From the NCBI GenBank assembly GCA_002269645.1, contig NIVC01000169.1, forward strand, positions 650,097-714,096: 64,000 nucleotides of DNA. The letters are read 5' to 3'. The DNA comes from Macrostomum lignano. Taxonomy: Eukaryota. The notes under the pieces were generated by a model. That model was not told the DNA's origin and made no database searches. It saw nothing but the letters and a program-made list of their open reading frames with translations. Of this stretch, positions 1 through 18,701 are shown one piece after another (positions within the stretch are counted from its first letter, which is position 1; the number at the start of each line of letters is the position of its first letter). Both the position numbers and the translations under genes were made by a program.

Positions 1-422
1 GCTTCAAGAGATATGGATAATTAAGTAAAGAAAGGTCGGTCATAGACTGACACAAGCAAAATTACAAGCGAACAACGTTAAAATCACTCATCGTTTGGCA
101 GAGTTGTCTTCTCAACGTAGTCACCACCAGACATGACGCACTTCTCCCATCGGTCTCGCATCTTGTCGATGGCGTCTGTGTACAGAGTTCTCGGAATCTG
201 GTGCAGCAGGACTGTTATGGACTCAGCACAGCAACTGCAGTCTTAGTTTTCAGAGGCAGCCCCTCTCATTTGCTGCATCGAATTTGGCCATAGACAGTAT
301 ATGCATGCAAGAAAAATCGATAAAAGTTCAAGCTGAATGCTATTTTTAGCCTAAATTTTAGCTTGTGTCAGTCTATGACCGACCTTTCTTTATTTAATTA
401 TCCATATCACTTGAAGCACGTA
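1..422 (-). mobile_element. Mariner-derived non-autonomous element (MITE-like) with ~60-bp TIRs, cut by the window start
   Basis: 1-57 (GCTTCAAGAGATATGGATAATTAAGTAAAGAAAGGTCGGTCATAGACTGACACAAGC) is the near-perfect reverse complement of 361-417. The right TIR ends ...GAAGCACG followed by TA (421-422). The minus strand at ~105-235 encodes LYTDAIDKMRDRWEKCVMSGGDYVEK, which resembles the mariner transposase C-terminal motif (RWEKC...GDY). Confidence 0.8.
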
Positions 423-2745
423 TTCAAATCTCTTGCAATTGGTGTCATTTTAAAGAAGAGACATGCCACTTTCAAATGACACCAAACATTCAAAGTCTTC
501 TCTATGCAAAAAGAGATAAGCAGAATAACAATATGCATAATAGAAGTTGCTGACAATGTAGTGCATCTGTGCATTTTACAGCACTGAAAAGCTTTTTGCA
601 AGAGAGAGTTGAGACGAGATTATAAAGTTGGATAGATATGATGGGTTTCGACCTTCCGGACCCTTGTGGGGAAGCCTTCGGGCCTCGGGTCTAAGAAATA
701 AATCAATTAGAGTCCTGGCCCCCCACTCCTGTCAGATGGTCAGCCCCATGGTAGCTTGATCGTGTGGCGAGCAGTCTGGGTCATATAGCTAAGAGAGGGA
801 CAGCGAGAGACAAGCAGGGAGAATTTTGAAAGTAGAAATTAGCTAATCCGCAGATTAACTAACCCGCTGCCACCAGCCCGTGCGCCCTGGCTCACCACAC
901 CGGGACTCTCGAAATCGGGCTTCCGACTAGAAGGGGCTTTGCACTTACCTGCCAACTAGTAGTGTCTTTTTGCTGTCAATCTCGAAGTCATAGCCGATGA
1001 TAAGGGACACTGCTGGGACTAGATCGCATTGGCCATGCAGGTACAGAGGGGACTTGTGCAGGGGATTCCTGCAGTGGCGAGTCTATGGGGTAGCTACATG
1101 TACTATTACATTGCTAAATACGAAGAATTGTACTTTTGGCCTTCAACGCGCCAACTAGCCTCTCGTAGCGCTGATGATAGGCTAACTCGAACTTCAGAGA
1201 CCGCATGATTCATTACCCGAGCCGCTTGGCCACCCTAGAGTGCACAGAGTACATCTCTGGCGCCGATTTTGCACTATTGGCAATTTTGCTCATTGATTTG
1301 ATAGATTGATCGACTGAGAACTACCTTGCCATTGGTCCACTGTGACCGGCGCCTACTAGCTTAGCTACTCATCTGAGCCATCGGCGAACAAAGAAATAAA
1401 ACCGATAAAAATAACTGTCAGATTTAACCTTCTCCTTAAATCACTTCACACCTCAGATTGAATTGGAGTTTCAGACTACTAGCAATATTATTAAGTGATT
1501 TCTGCCTCAGCAACAGCACTACTGAACAAAATGAGCAAAAGTGTGCGCCTAATTCAGCTACTGAAACAGGGGACAGACAAGGGACCAACCAATCAAGCAA
1601 GTCCAGATAGCCTCTCACCCAACCAATCAGAAACTCAACAGCCGGAGACCAGGAAATCCACAGTGACCGAATCGGCTTGATGCTTCGCAGCTGTAGACTC
1701 GGGATGATGCTGTCACAGTCTTCGCTGATAACTAGCAGGTGATGCTCTTAACTTTGATGTTCGCTGCTGATGACCGGGGGATTCGTCCATGATGATGATG
1801 GGGGGAAGTCGCAATCCGGGGATCAAGAAACGACGGTCGCGCTCCGGGAACCAGAAGTTGCGCGCTGGGCCCGAGCCAAAGTAAGTAGAAGTTGCGTCCG
1901 AGCGGGCCAAAAACTCCGGTTTAAATAGCCGCCAACTGGACCGCAGTTTGTTATAACGGAACACGTCGATTCTGATTGGCTGAGCCGTTTTCTTAAAATA
2001 CATGTAAGCGCCGAATTTTCTGATTGGCTAAGCTTGTTGCTACCCAGAATCACGTGACCAGGAGATCCTATCAGTTCCCACAGGGAGATGACAGGTGCGG
2101 CCATAAATCAATCAAAATCGCAACAAAATGATTTATGAATTTTCGCGTAGGATTGACAGAAATTAATGAAAAAATATACATTAGAAAGCTCTTATTAAAT
2201 AGAAAGTGAAGATAATGAAGAGAAATCACTAATCGCTAATCCCAAAGTACTTTTAGGGGTAAAACGCATAGCTGTCAAAGCTGTCACACGCTTGAGTGAA
2301 CCCGAACAATAGGCTCTGACCTCATAAATCTGATGGCCTGTCAAAAATGATGAGAAAAAAGCTGCTATTCGCATCCCCTCAGGCCATCTGGCGCCAGCCT
2401 CAACACTGAGTGAGGTGCAGGTGGCTGTCAGACAAACTTTGAAAGCGATGATTTACGACCCAAAAAGCTGCGTCTATGTTAGTATGACCAAACATTATAT
2501 CTAGTATAGATTCTATGACAATTCGCAGAAAAAGAATAAAAATGCCCTTGGCCTGCTGTCAGTAGGCTAGTAAGTTTAGAGCCCATGTGCTAGCGCGGGA
2601 TTTGGGAAAAAGTGCGTCCTCATCAGATAGATAAATAAGAAGAATAGACAAAGGAGAGGAGTGTATCTATGCGAGCGGATTGACAGCTTAGGGACCGCCC
2701 TGATCGGCTGGAAAAAGCAAATCGCACCTCCTGCAGCAGCTTTGG

Positions 2746-3140
2746 CGCCCCGTCTAATGAAATAGCGCCCCTTTCAAATGAAATGGCGCCCTCCAGGCTC
2801 CATCAAATAAAATGGCGCCCCTGTCAAAGGAAAGGGCGCCCTGCCTCGAATTAAATGGCGCGCTACATCAAATAAAATGGCGCCCTGCATTAAATAAAAT
2901 GGCACCCTGCATCAAATAAATGGCGCCCTGCATCAAGTAAAATGGCGCGCTACATCAAGTAAAATGGCGCCCTGCATCAAATAAAATGGCACGCTACATC
3001 AGGTAAAATGGTGCCATGTCAAATAAAATGGCACCCTGTCAAATAAAATGGCGCCGTGTCAAATGCAATGGCGCCGTGTCAAATGAAATGGCGCCGTGTC
3101 AAATGCAATGGCGCATTCTTATCTACAATGAAGTGGCGCC
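2746..3140. repeat. Degenerate ~20-bp minisatellite with AAATGGCGCC core
   Basis: Repeated AAAATGGCGCCCTGCATCAAAT-like units. Confidence 0.85.
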
Positions 3141-3444
3141 ACCAAACAATTGAACTTCAGTACTCCACACCGAACTGAATTGTTGGAATCTCAAATTGAA
3201 TTGCTAATTGTGCAAGCATTTCCACCGAATGTGTGTACACTGCAGGCCTGCAGCATTCACCAGCTTACATCATGCGTACACTACCTGGGTTTGGCAGACT
3301 TCTCGTCTTTCTCTGTCGAACTAATAAAAGACTAGTTTATGAAAGGAGAGAGAGAATACTGAATAGAATCTGTTGGTTTCAGTGCGTGTGGCATGATGCT
3401 TGCTGCGGCCCACCCCTTCATCATTCCCTCTGGGGCTGCCTTCG

Positions 3445-3458
3445 GTTGCCATGGCGAC
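3445..3458. promoter_or_regulatory. RFX X-box motif GTTGCCATGGCGAC
   Basis: Near-palindromic match to the RFX consensus GTNRCC-N(0-3)-RGYRAC; a GTAAG donor-like site follows at 3476. Confidence 0.45.
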
Positions 3459-3786
3459 GTCTGTAAACCAGACTGGTAAGCTTTCAACTTTATTCTTATC
3501 ATTTTTATCGGTTTGAACTAGTTTAGGCGGAACCTATCTGGTCTTAACAGATTAAAGTTGCAGTTTGATGATGAGCTTGTCGGGTTCATTGCGTGTGCCA
3601 CGTGACTCACCTGTGCGTACTTTATTACGCGTTCTCTAGAAGTTGTGATTCTCTTAGCTCTCTCTCTCCATGGCGGGTCTTCCTGCTGTTGCTGTCTCTA
3701 CCCCCCAGACCCACCTGTCTCAGTGCCGTACGCAGGAATGTTAATTGGAGCGCCGCAACCCTAAGGCAAAATATTTTGTGTTTTCG

Positions 3787-4455
3787 TGGGCGCCCTGTCT
3801 CTTGGATTTGGCGCCCCTGTCTCTTGGTTGGCGCCCCTGTCTCTTGGTGGGTCTCTTGGTGGGCCCCCTGTCTCTTGGTGGGCGCCCCTGTCTCTTGGTG
3901 GGCGCCCCTGTCTCTTGGTGGGCGCCCCTGTCTCTTGGTGGGCGCCCCTGTCTCTTGGTTGGCGCCCCTGTCTTTTGGTGGGCGTCCCTGTCTCTTGGTG
4001 GGCGCCCCTGTCTCTTGGTTGGCGCCCCTGTCTCTTGGTTGGCGCCCCTGTCTCTTGGTTTGGCGCCCCTGTCTCTTGATGGGCGCCCCTGTCTCTTGGT
4101 TGGCGCCCCTGTCTCTTGGTGGGCGCCCCTGTCTCTTGGTTGGCGCCCCTGTCTTTTGGTGGGCGCCCCTGTCTCTTGTTGGGCGCCCCTGTCTCTTGGT
4201 TGGCGCCCCTGTCTCTTGGTTGGCGCCCCTGTCTCTTGGTTTGGCGCCCCTGTCTCTTGATGGGCGCCCCTGTCTCTTGGTTGGCGCCCCTGTCTCTTGG
4301 TTTGGCGCCCCTGTCTCTTGATGGGCGCCCCTGTCTCTTGGTTGGCGCCCCTGTCTCTTGGTTTGGCGCCCCTGTCTCTTGATGGGCGCCCCTGTCTCTT
4401 GATGGGCGCCCCTGTCTCTTGATGGGCGCCCCTGTCTCTTGAAATTGGCGCCCTT
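3787..4455. repeat. 20-bp minisatellite GGCGCCCCTGTCTCTTGGT(T/G)
   Basis: ~33 tandem units; explains the overlapping repetitive ORFs at 3593-4466. Confidence 0.95.
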
Positions 4456-4660
4456 TGTCTCTTCATTCAGTTTTTGAAGGAGCGGCCCCTTGTGTGCACC
4501 ACTGCTCTCTTCTTGGCTTCATCTCATCACTGAAATTTGGGGTACTAAATGAAGGTCATCTCCCTAGAATTGCCTCGCAAATTAAGCTCCAGATTTTATA
4601 CTATTCATTGGTTGCAGCACTTAGTTTCATCAGGGGGGGGGGGGGTTAGGGGTGACTGAG

Positions 4661-4700
4661 TATAAAAGTGAGTTGGACCGCCCTTGGGTTCACACAGTCT
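4661..4700 (+). promoter_or_regulatory. TATA box plus Inr-like element of the SDR gene
   Basis: TATAAAAG at 4661-4668, CACAGTCT about 30 nt downstream, ATG at 4763. Confidence 0.5.
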
Positions 4701-4762
4701 CATTGTTCCTGCTCTCAGACTCGCTGCTTGTGTAGGCAACAAACAATAGAACACAACTGACA

Positions 4763-10780
<6,018 letters not shown>

Positions 10781-11304
10781 GCTTTGCTGAGAACTGCGCC
10801 ATTCTGAGAAATATGCCCAGCAACAGGAATTTTACACAGATTATTTTGTACAGACCCAACAAGTACTGCAGCGGCACCTTACCAAGTTGAATATTTCTCC
10901 GCAAGTGCATACTGCATACACTACTACATCAGTATTGAGTAGTAGCAATTGCCGGTTTTTTAATTCGCCTTAAATTTTTAGCGCGTTTTTGACTAAGCAA
11001 ACTTGGCAAAATGAAATTTTTAATTATCAGCATTGGGAATATTTTTCTTATCTTTAGATTAGTAAATAATATTATTGTTCTCTTTGTTCTGATTAATATT
11101 GTTGTAGTAGTTACCGATAATCTACCCACGTATTTGTATTAATTCTGCATCAAATTTTACACTTGTTTTAATGTCTGCAGTTTCAAAAATCAGTTAATTA
11201 AGCCAAAAAATATTACTATCAAAAATCGTTGTTGTTACTCGTGCTGATTTATTGATATAAGTTTAAAGATTATTGGGTGTCGATGCTTTTAAAAGGGGCT
11301 GTTT

Positions 11305-12125
11305 TTTAAGGATGGGGTTGTAGGGTGGGGTTGTACGGTGGGGTTGTAGGGTGAGGTTGTAGGGTGCGGTTGTAGGGTGGGGTTGTAGGGTGGGGTTGTA
11401 GGGTGGGTTGTAGGGTGGGTTGTAGGGTGGGGTTGTAGGGTGGGGTTATAGGGTGGGGTGGTAGGGTGGGGTTGTACGGTGGAGTTGTAGGGTGGGTTGT
11501 AGGGTGGGGTTGTAGGGTGGGTTGTAGGATTGAGTTGTAGGGTGAGGTTGTAGGGTGGAGTTGTAGGGTGGGATTGTAGGGTGGAGTTGTTAGGTGGGGT
11601 TGTAGGGTGGGGTTGTAGGGTGGGCTGTAGGATGGGCTGTAGGAAGGGCTGTAGGATGGGCTGTAGGAGGGGCTGTAGGATGGGCTGTAGGAGGGGCTGT
11701 AGGAGGGGCTGTAGGAGGGGCTGTAGGATGGGCTGTAGGAGGGGCTGTAGGATGGGCTGTAGGATGGGCTGTAGGAGGGGCTGTAGGATGGGCTGTAGGA
11801 GGGGCTGTAGGAGGGGCTGTAGGATGGGCTGTAGGAGGGGCTGTAGGATGGGCTGTAGGAGGGGCTGTAGGAGGGGCTGTAGGAGGGGCTGTAGGATGGG
11901 CTGTAGGAGGGGCTGTAGGATGGGCTGTAGGATGGGCTGTAGGAGGGGCTGTAGGATGGGCTGTAGGAGGGGCTGTAGGAGGGGCTGTAGGATGGGCTGT
12001 AGGAGGGGCTGTAGGAGGGGCTGTAGGAGGGGCTGTAGGAGGGGCTGTAGGATGGGCTGTAGGATGGGCTGTAGGATGGGCTGTAGGAGGGGCTGTAGGA
12101 TGGGCTGTAGGATGGTCTGTAGGAT
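11305..12125. repeat. Compound G-rich minisatellite: 13-bp GGGTGGGGTTGTA (11305-11620) then 12-bp GGCTGTAGGA(G/T)G (11620-12125)
   Basis: Tandem units; source of the ILQP/CRRG/PTAP artefact ORFs. Confidence 0.95.
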
Positions 12126-12554
12126 GTCCAAGTCGCCAGTCTGTGGTGCGCAAATACAACTTGAATGAAACTGAACTTGTATAGAATTCTTGACGAGACA
12201 CTCCGCAGTGTCGTTTCCTTTCAGGCGAAGCAAACAGAGACCTTACTTGATTGGGAACAAAGTTACTTTCTTCCCATAGTTAACAAGCAACCAAGCGGAG
12301 ATCCAGCATTTAAACGGAAACGCAAACATCACACAATAGGCAGGCTACATGGCTTTGCAGCAGACTCTGTCCCGGGAATTCGCATACACACCCATTGTAA
12401 GAATTCTGATCAAAAAAAGGATATCCGATGATACAGAGGAGGTAAAAGTTTCAGCATCAAAATTGTATGAGATGCTAAAAATGTGAAAACTGACTGAAGC
12501 AGAAATCAGAAATCGCAAAGACGAGATTAACCGAGCTGCACCAATCAGTCCCCA

Positions 12555-13400
12555 ATGCTCTCCGGCTCCATCGTTCCCCTGCTGCTGCCGCTGCTGCTGC
12601 TCTGCCGACCTGCGACCTGCTGCACGCGACCTGCCTCCTTCCACTCGATCCTCGCCTCCAACTGCGTGTCGCCAGCCCACTACCAGCGGCTCGACCTGGA
12701 CATCGCCAGCTGCGCCTTTCGCTGTCGGGCAGCTCCGCGGTGCCGGGCCTTCGCCATGGAGGCCGGACACGCCTCGGACGCTCAGGTATGCCTGCTGTTC
12801 TCCTTCGATGCCTGCAGCTCGCAGCTGCTGCTCGATCCCAGCTCGATGGCGAGCAGCGGCTGCGCCAGCCGGCAGCTCCGAGTCTTCGTCAAGCAGTCGG
12901 AGGGTCTCGAGCCGGGCCGGCTCTGTCCCGCCGACTATCGCTGGGTGTCCGGCGTCAGCGGCAGCAGCTTCAAGGGCTCGCTGTACAAGGCTGCTGGGAG
13001 CGGGCAGAAGGCCAGCTGGAGTGCTCAGGCCGACAGCTGCCGGAGCTTCTTGAGCAGCTCGGACGGGTCCGCCATGCCGCTGACGAAGCTGGCCGATCTG
13101 GGCAGCGTCGAGGAGCTGCAGGACGTGAGGGCGTCAGCTGGACTTTCCAGCCAGGATATCTGGGTTGGCGCTGCTGCTCTGGGCAACGGCAGCTGGGCGT
13201 GGGCGGACTGCGGCTGGCCGCTGCCGCTGCTGAGCGCTGCAGATGGCGGAGTCTGGAGAGCGGAAGATTCAAAAGACGGATTTAATGCAGACAACCGAGC
13301 CAGGCTTTCCAACTCCGAGCTGAGAGATGCGTCCAGCTCAAATCTCTACTTTGGCGCCTGCGAGTGCGCCGATCCTTTTTGGAACTTCATTGCCGGGTGA
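12555..13400 (+). CDS. Secreted PAN/Apple-like + C-type lectin-like domain protein, copy 1 (281 aa, single exon)
   Basis: Signal peptide (IVPLLLPLLLLC); PAN-like CAFRCRAAPRCRAF; CTLD-like CP..Y.W, SWSAQADSC, LADLGSVEEL, IWVG, WAWAD, GACEC. Confidence 0.75.
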   Translation: MLSGSIVPLLLPLLLLCRPATCCTRPASFHSILASNCVSPAHYQRLDLDIASCAFRCRAAPRCRAFAMEAGHASDAQVCLLFSFDACSSQLLLDPSSMASSGCASRQLRVFVKQSEGLEPGRLCPADYRWVSGVSGSSFKGSLYKAAGSGQKASWSAQADSCRSFLSSSDGSAMPLTKLADLGSVEELQDVRASAGLSSQDIWVGAAALGNGSWAWADCGWPLPLLSAADGGVWRAEDSKDGFNADNRARLSNSELRDASSSNLYFGACECADPFWNFIAG

Positions 13401-13599
13401 TTGGAGAGTCGAGCGATGTACGCACTTTTTCACAATCGCTTATTCAACTAGTTGGCTATTTTCTTTACATTATTTTAGAATAACTGATATCACTAATTCG
13501 ATCGAATTTCGAATACTTAAGACTTACCGACCCGACCCTTCTTTGTAATTTTCCTTTTTTGCATTGTACATCTTGGGCCGCAACTCCACTACCAGTTAC

Positions 13600-14655
13600 T
13601 TCCTACCCAAGACGCGCCCATCCCATTCCCAGTCATTTCCTACACCAAACACACCCACCTCACTCCCAGCTAATTTCCTACACCAAACACACCCACCCCA
13701 TTCCCAGTCATTTCCAACCCCAGACACACGCACCTCACTCCCAGTTAATTTCCTACACCAAACACACCCACCTCACTCCCAGCTAATTTCCTACACCAAA
13801 CACACTCACCTCACTCCCAGCTAATTTCCTACACCAAACACACTCACCTCACTCCCAGCTAATTTCCTACACCAAACACACCCACCTCACTCCCAGTTAA
13901 TTTCCTACACCAAACACACGCACCTCACTCCCAGCTAATTTCCTACACCAAACACACCCACCTCACTCCCAGCTAATTTCCTACACCAAACACACTCACC
14001 TCACTCCCAGCTAATTTCCTACACCAAACACACTCACCTCACTCCCAGCTAATTTCCTACACCAAACACACTCACCTCACTCCCAGCTAATTTCCTACAC
14101 CAAACACACCCACAGCTCACTCCCAGCTAATTTCCTACACCAAACACACTCACCTCACTCCCAGCTAATTTCCTACACCAAACACACCCACAGCTCACTC
14201 CCAGCTAATTTCCTACACCAAACACACTCACCTCACTCCCAGCTAATTTCCTACACCAAACACACTCACCTCACTCCCAGCTAATTTCCTACACCAAACA
14301 CACCCACAGCTCACTCCCAGCTAATTTCCTACACCAAACACACCCACCTCACTCCCAGCTAATTTCCTACACCAAACACACCCACAGCTCACTCCCAGCT
14401 AATTTCCTACACCAAACACACTCACCTCACTCCCAGCTAATTTCCTACACCAAACACACTCACCTCACTCCCAGCTAATTTCCTACACCAAACACACTCA
14501 CCTCACTCCTAGCTAATTTCCTACACCAGACACACCCACCCCATTCCCAGTCATTTCCAACCCCAGACACACGCACCTCACTCCCAGTTAATTTTCTGCA
14601 CCAAACACACCCACCTCACTCCCAGCTAATTTCCTACCCCAGACACACCCACCTC
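13600..14655. repeat. 38-bp minisatellite CACCTCACTCCCAGCTAATTTCCTACACCAAACACACT (left of LINE)
   Basis: Tandem units. Confidence 0.95.
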
Positions 14656-17464
14656 AAAAACAAAATACGCGGCCCAGCAAGTTAAGGTCACAGTTAGAGC
14701 AGGGCGCGTCAGATGGCGCGCCGCAGAGCGTGGGAGCAAACAAAGTCCGCTCCGTTGGCAGTGTCGGGCGCCCCAGCGTCGCACAGCAGGCAGTCCACGT
14801 ATCGACGGGTTCGGGCCTGACCCCGCCTGAACAGGTTGGGGGCAGTAGCCCTCGGCCCGGATCACGTGGCCCGCCAGTTAAAGTTGCAGGATGTTGGAGG
14901 GGCGCTGCAGCTTGGCCCGATTGTACAGGGCCTCGGTCCCGACGCTCTCGTCAGCTCGAAAGGCCGCACGGAGCAGCCCTGAGTGCGCCTACGTCTCGGC
15001 GTTGTAGAGCAGGACGGTTTCGACCACCGCCTGCCGCAGCTGAGCCCTCTGGCGGTCGGGCAGTGCTTCAGACTGGAGGACGGCTCGGATCGAACGAAAG
15101 GCCGCCCAGGCGAGTCCTCTGCGCCGCCGGAGGTCCTCTTTCACGTGGGGCACCAGACCGCCGAGGTATGTGAACCGCTGGCAGCGTGCGAGCCTGGTCG
15201 TCTGCCCGTCTGCGCCGCGGCACGTCAGGTCCGCTGGGATGTCGGCCGGCACAGTCAGCACCTCGGTCTTCAGCGTGTTGACGATCAGACCGACGCTCGA
15301 TGCCACCTCGACCAGCCTGTCGATCTGGCGCTGGGCGCCTTCAACGGACGAGGACAGGAGGGTGAGGTCGTCGGCGTAGCCAAGCACGCTTAGGCGCTTT
15401 TCGCCGTGGCGGCGACCGATGCGTCTGCGCAGCAGGAAGCCGTCGTTAGCCGAGGGGAGTGCGGTCCGAAGCACCCAGTCCAGCAGCAGCACGAAGAGGA
15501 ACGGCGCTAGCGTGTCGCCCTGCAGAACTCCTGATGAAGTGTCGAACAGGCCAGACAGGCCGTCCGCCGTCACCACAGCAGCTCGAGTGTCGCGATACGG
15601 CGACATGATAGCGTCTATTCGCTGCTGGGGTACCCGGTAGCCTCGAAGGACAAAGGGGAGCGCGGCTCTCAACACCGAGTCAAACGCCTTTCGAAAGTCA
15701 ACGAAGACAATGATCAGCATAGACTGGCGGATGCGCGCCGTTGTCCCTGCCTTCTTCGGGTTCGGCACAATGTGCGCGACGGTCCACTCGGTGGGCGGAG
15801 GAGCGCCAGCGAGCACGCGGTTCATGACGCCTGTGACCTGGGAGGCCACACAGCGGAGCCACAGCGCTTCGACCGGAACTTCTTCGGGGCCGAGCGCCTT
15901 GCCGCCTGATGTGTTCCGAGCAAACAGCACAACGCCCTCCGTGGCTACTGGGCTGGTGCAGAAGTCCTCCTCAGCTGGGAGCGACGTGTCCAGTGGGAAC
16001 GCAAAACTGGCGGGCATCGGTGACGCGGGCGCGTCATTCCTGCGCTCCTCCGGGGTGTCGCCGGCCAGGTTCAGCTCCACGCGCTTTTTGCGCCCGTCAG
16101 AGTCCGGACGGCCGTCCACACTGCGCGGCTCTTCACGTCGGGGTCGTCTGCAGTGATGGACCGGACGGCGTCGTCGACAGTGCCTGTTGCCGCTCGTCTA
16201 GAAGGCGCTCGAACGCGTCTTCAGCGTCGCCCGTGGGCCGCCGGTTTCTGCGGAGTCGCTCGATGTTGAGCCGCGCCTGCCTGATGGTCGGGTCGCTCTG
16301 CCAGAAAGGCAGCGATTTCTGCGCCGGCCGTATCAGCGGGACCGTCTGCTCTGCAGCGGCTCTAACGGCGGTGCTGATGTCAGAATACTCCGCCTCGCGC
16401 TGGTCTCCAAGCGCGGCGACGAAGGCACCCGCGAATTGACGCTTCACGCGGGTGTCCAGCAGTGCGCGATAGGAGCGCCGTGGCTGCTGCTTTGGCGGGC
16501 AGTAGAGCTGGTCGCGGAGCTGCAAGTCGCAGATCAGGAGTCGGTGGTCTAACCGGAGAGCCAGCGGAGCCATGGTGTCGCAGTTGGTGACGCAGCGGCG
16601 CTCGCGAGTGCGAACCAGCGCATGATCGAGTTGCGCCAGTCTCCTCGTGGCATTCCGCCCGCGTGCGTTCCGCCGCCTTCTCTTGCAGCCCGCAAAGGTG
16701 ACCAGGTGGGCAGGGGGCTTGCGGAACTGGGTGTTCGCGGACACCAGGTCCAGCCGGTCAAGCAGGTCCTCCAGCGCATCGGTGTTGGCGTTCTCGCGTC
16801 CCGCGACAAAGGGCGAGCGCTCGGACCTCCGCGGGACTTCGTTCAGGTCTCCGAGCACTGCCAGCGTGTCGCGGTTTGGCACCTCTTCCAGCTGCCCAGC
16901 TAGGAAGTCGAAGAAGGCACGCGCCTCCTCGGGGTGAGCAGCGGTGGGTGCATACGCGCAGAACAGCCGGATGCAGCGGGCGCGCAGTCGCAGGTCGACT
17001 CGCATCAGTCGCGGGGACAGCGAGATGCAGTGCACGCTCTGCTGGAGGCGCGGTCCGATCAGCACGCCGACACCGCCCCGGCCGCGGTTGTCTGCCGACG
17101 TGTACAGGAGGCTTCAGCCGGCTTCGAGGTCTTCAGGGTGGAGCCCCGGCTCAGCCACGATAGAAACCTCCTGCAGCGAGACGAGGTCCAGCTGTAGGTC
17201 GTGGGCCAGCTGAACAAGGATGGTGCGACGCCAGGGGGCCTTCAGACCTCGGCAGTTCATTGTGCCGAGGGCGGCCACCTGGTACAGCTGGGGCCAGATG
17301 GAGGTTGGCCTTGTGGTCCCCGGCGCCACCCGTCGAATCCAGCGGATCCAGGCGCCTGGCCGCGCCACGGAGTAGCCCTCACAGGTTGCGGTCGCGCCGC
17401 CGCTCAGTGTGACGCTGCGTGCTGCGCTGACCTTTGCGAGTGCCTGTTGTGCTGAACTTTGCTG
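14656..17464 (-). mobile_element. Decayed non-LTR retrotransposon, RTE-like (APE + RT), with internal deletions and frameshifts
   Basis: APE motifs: GTMNCRGL, LQEV, SPRLMRV, CAYAPT, LGDLN, LDHALV, DHRLL. RT motifs: FVDFRKAFDSV, GVLQGDTLAPFLF, YADDL, FTYLG, VLLYNAET, LAGHVIR. The RPISLL segment is missing between KKAG and VFVDF. The 3' end is T-rich (TTTTGTTTTT on the element strand). Confidence 0.9.
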
Positions 17465-18622
17465 CCTACCCCAGTTAAGTTCCTACCCGAGACGCACCCA
17501 CCTCACTCCTAGTTAATTTCCTACCCCAAACACCCACCTCACCCCAGTTAATTTCCTACCCCACACACCCACCTCACCCCAGTTAATTTCCTACCCCAGA
17601 CACCCACCTCAATCCCAGTTAATTTCCTACCCCAGACACCCACCTCAATCCCAGTTAATTTCCTACCCCAGACACCCACCTCAATCCCAGTTAATTTCCT
17701 ACACCAAACGCACCCACCTCACTCCCAGTTAATTTCACACCCCAAACACACCCACCTCAGTCCCAGTTAATTTCACACCCCAAACACACCCACCTCACTC
17801 CCAGTTAATTTCACACCCCAAACACACCCACCTCACTCCCAGTTAATTTCACACCCCAAACACACCCACCTCACTCCCAGTTAATTTCACACCCCAAACA
17901 CACTCACCTCAATCCCAGTTAATTTCACACCCCAAACACACCCACCTCAATCCCAGTTAATTTCACACCCCAAACACACCCACCTCAATCCCAGTTAATT
18001 TCCTACACCAAACACACTCAACTCAATCCCAGTTAATTTCCTACACCAAACGCACCCACCTCAATCCCAGTTAATTTCACACCCCAAACACACCCACCTC
18101 ACTCCCAGTTAATTTCACACCCCAAACACACCCACCTCAATCCCAGTTAATTTCACACCCTAAACACACCCACCTCAATCCCAGTTAATTTCACACCCTA
18201 AACACACCCACCTCAATCCCAGTTAATTTCACACCCCAAACACACCCACCTCAATCCCAGTTAATTTCACACCCTAAACACACCCACCTCAATCCCAGTT
18301 AATTTCACACCCTAAACACACCCACCTCAATCCCAGTTAATTTCACACCCCAAACACACCCACCTCAATCCCAGTTAATTTCACACCCTAAACACACCCA
18401 CCTCAATCCCAGTTAATTTCACACCCTAAACACACCCACCTCAATCCCAGTTAATTTCACACCCCAAACACACCCACCTCAATCCCAGTTAATTTCACAC
18501 CCTAAACACACCCACCTCAATCCCAGTTAATTTCACACCCTAAACACACCCACCTCAATCCCAGTTAATTTCACACCCTAAACACACCCACCTCAATCCC
18601 AGTTAATTTCCTACCCCAGACA
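17465..18622. repeat. 38-bp minisatellite, variant CACCTCAATCCCAGTTAATTTCACACCCCAAACACACC (right of LINE)
   Basis: Same family as 13600-14655, with a different dominant variant. Confidence 0.95.
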
Positions 18623-18623
18623 T

Positions 18624-18701
18624 CCCGTGGCCTCTGCGGCTTGAAACCTTTGTTAGTAGCTGGGCACCGGAATGGATATAGTGCGCAGGAATGTCAGCTA
18701 A
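18624..18701 (+). pseudogene. Remnant 3' end of a second SDR paralog
   Basis: Encodes PWPLRLETFVSSWAPE versus PWTLRLPTFVGSWAPE in SDR exon 3, with a small deletion before GGAATGTCAGCTAA; upstream exons are absent. Confidence 0.75.

Noticed and set aside
12165-12540. Coding-looking fragments upstream of both lectin genes (e.g. QQTLSREFAYTPIVRILIKK, KLTEAEIRNRKDEINR)
   Set aside because: Interrupted by stops, no recognisable family; may be a decayed element but cannot be supported
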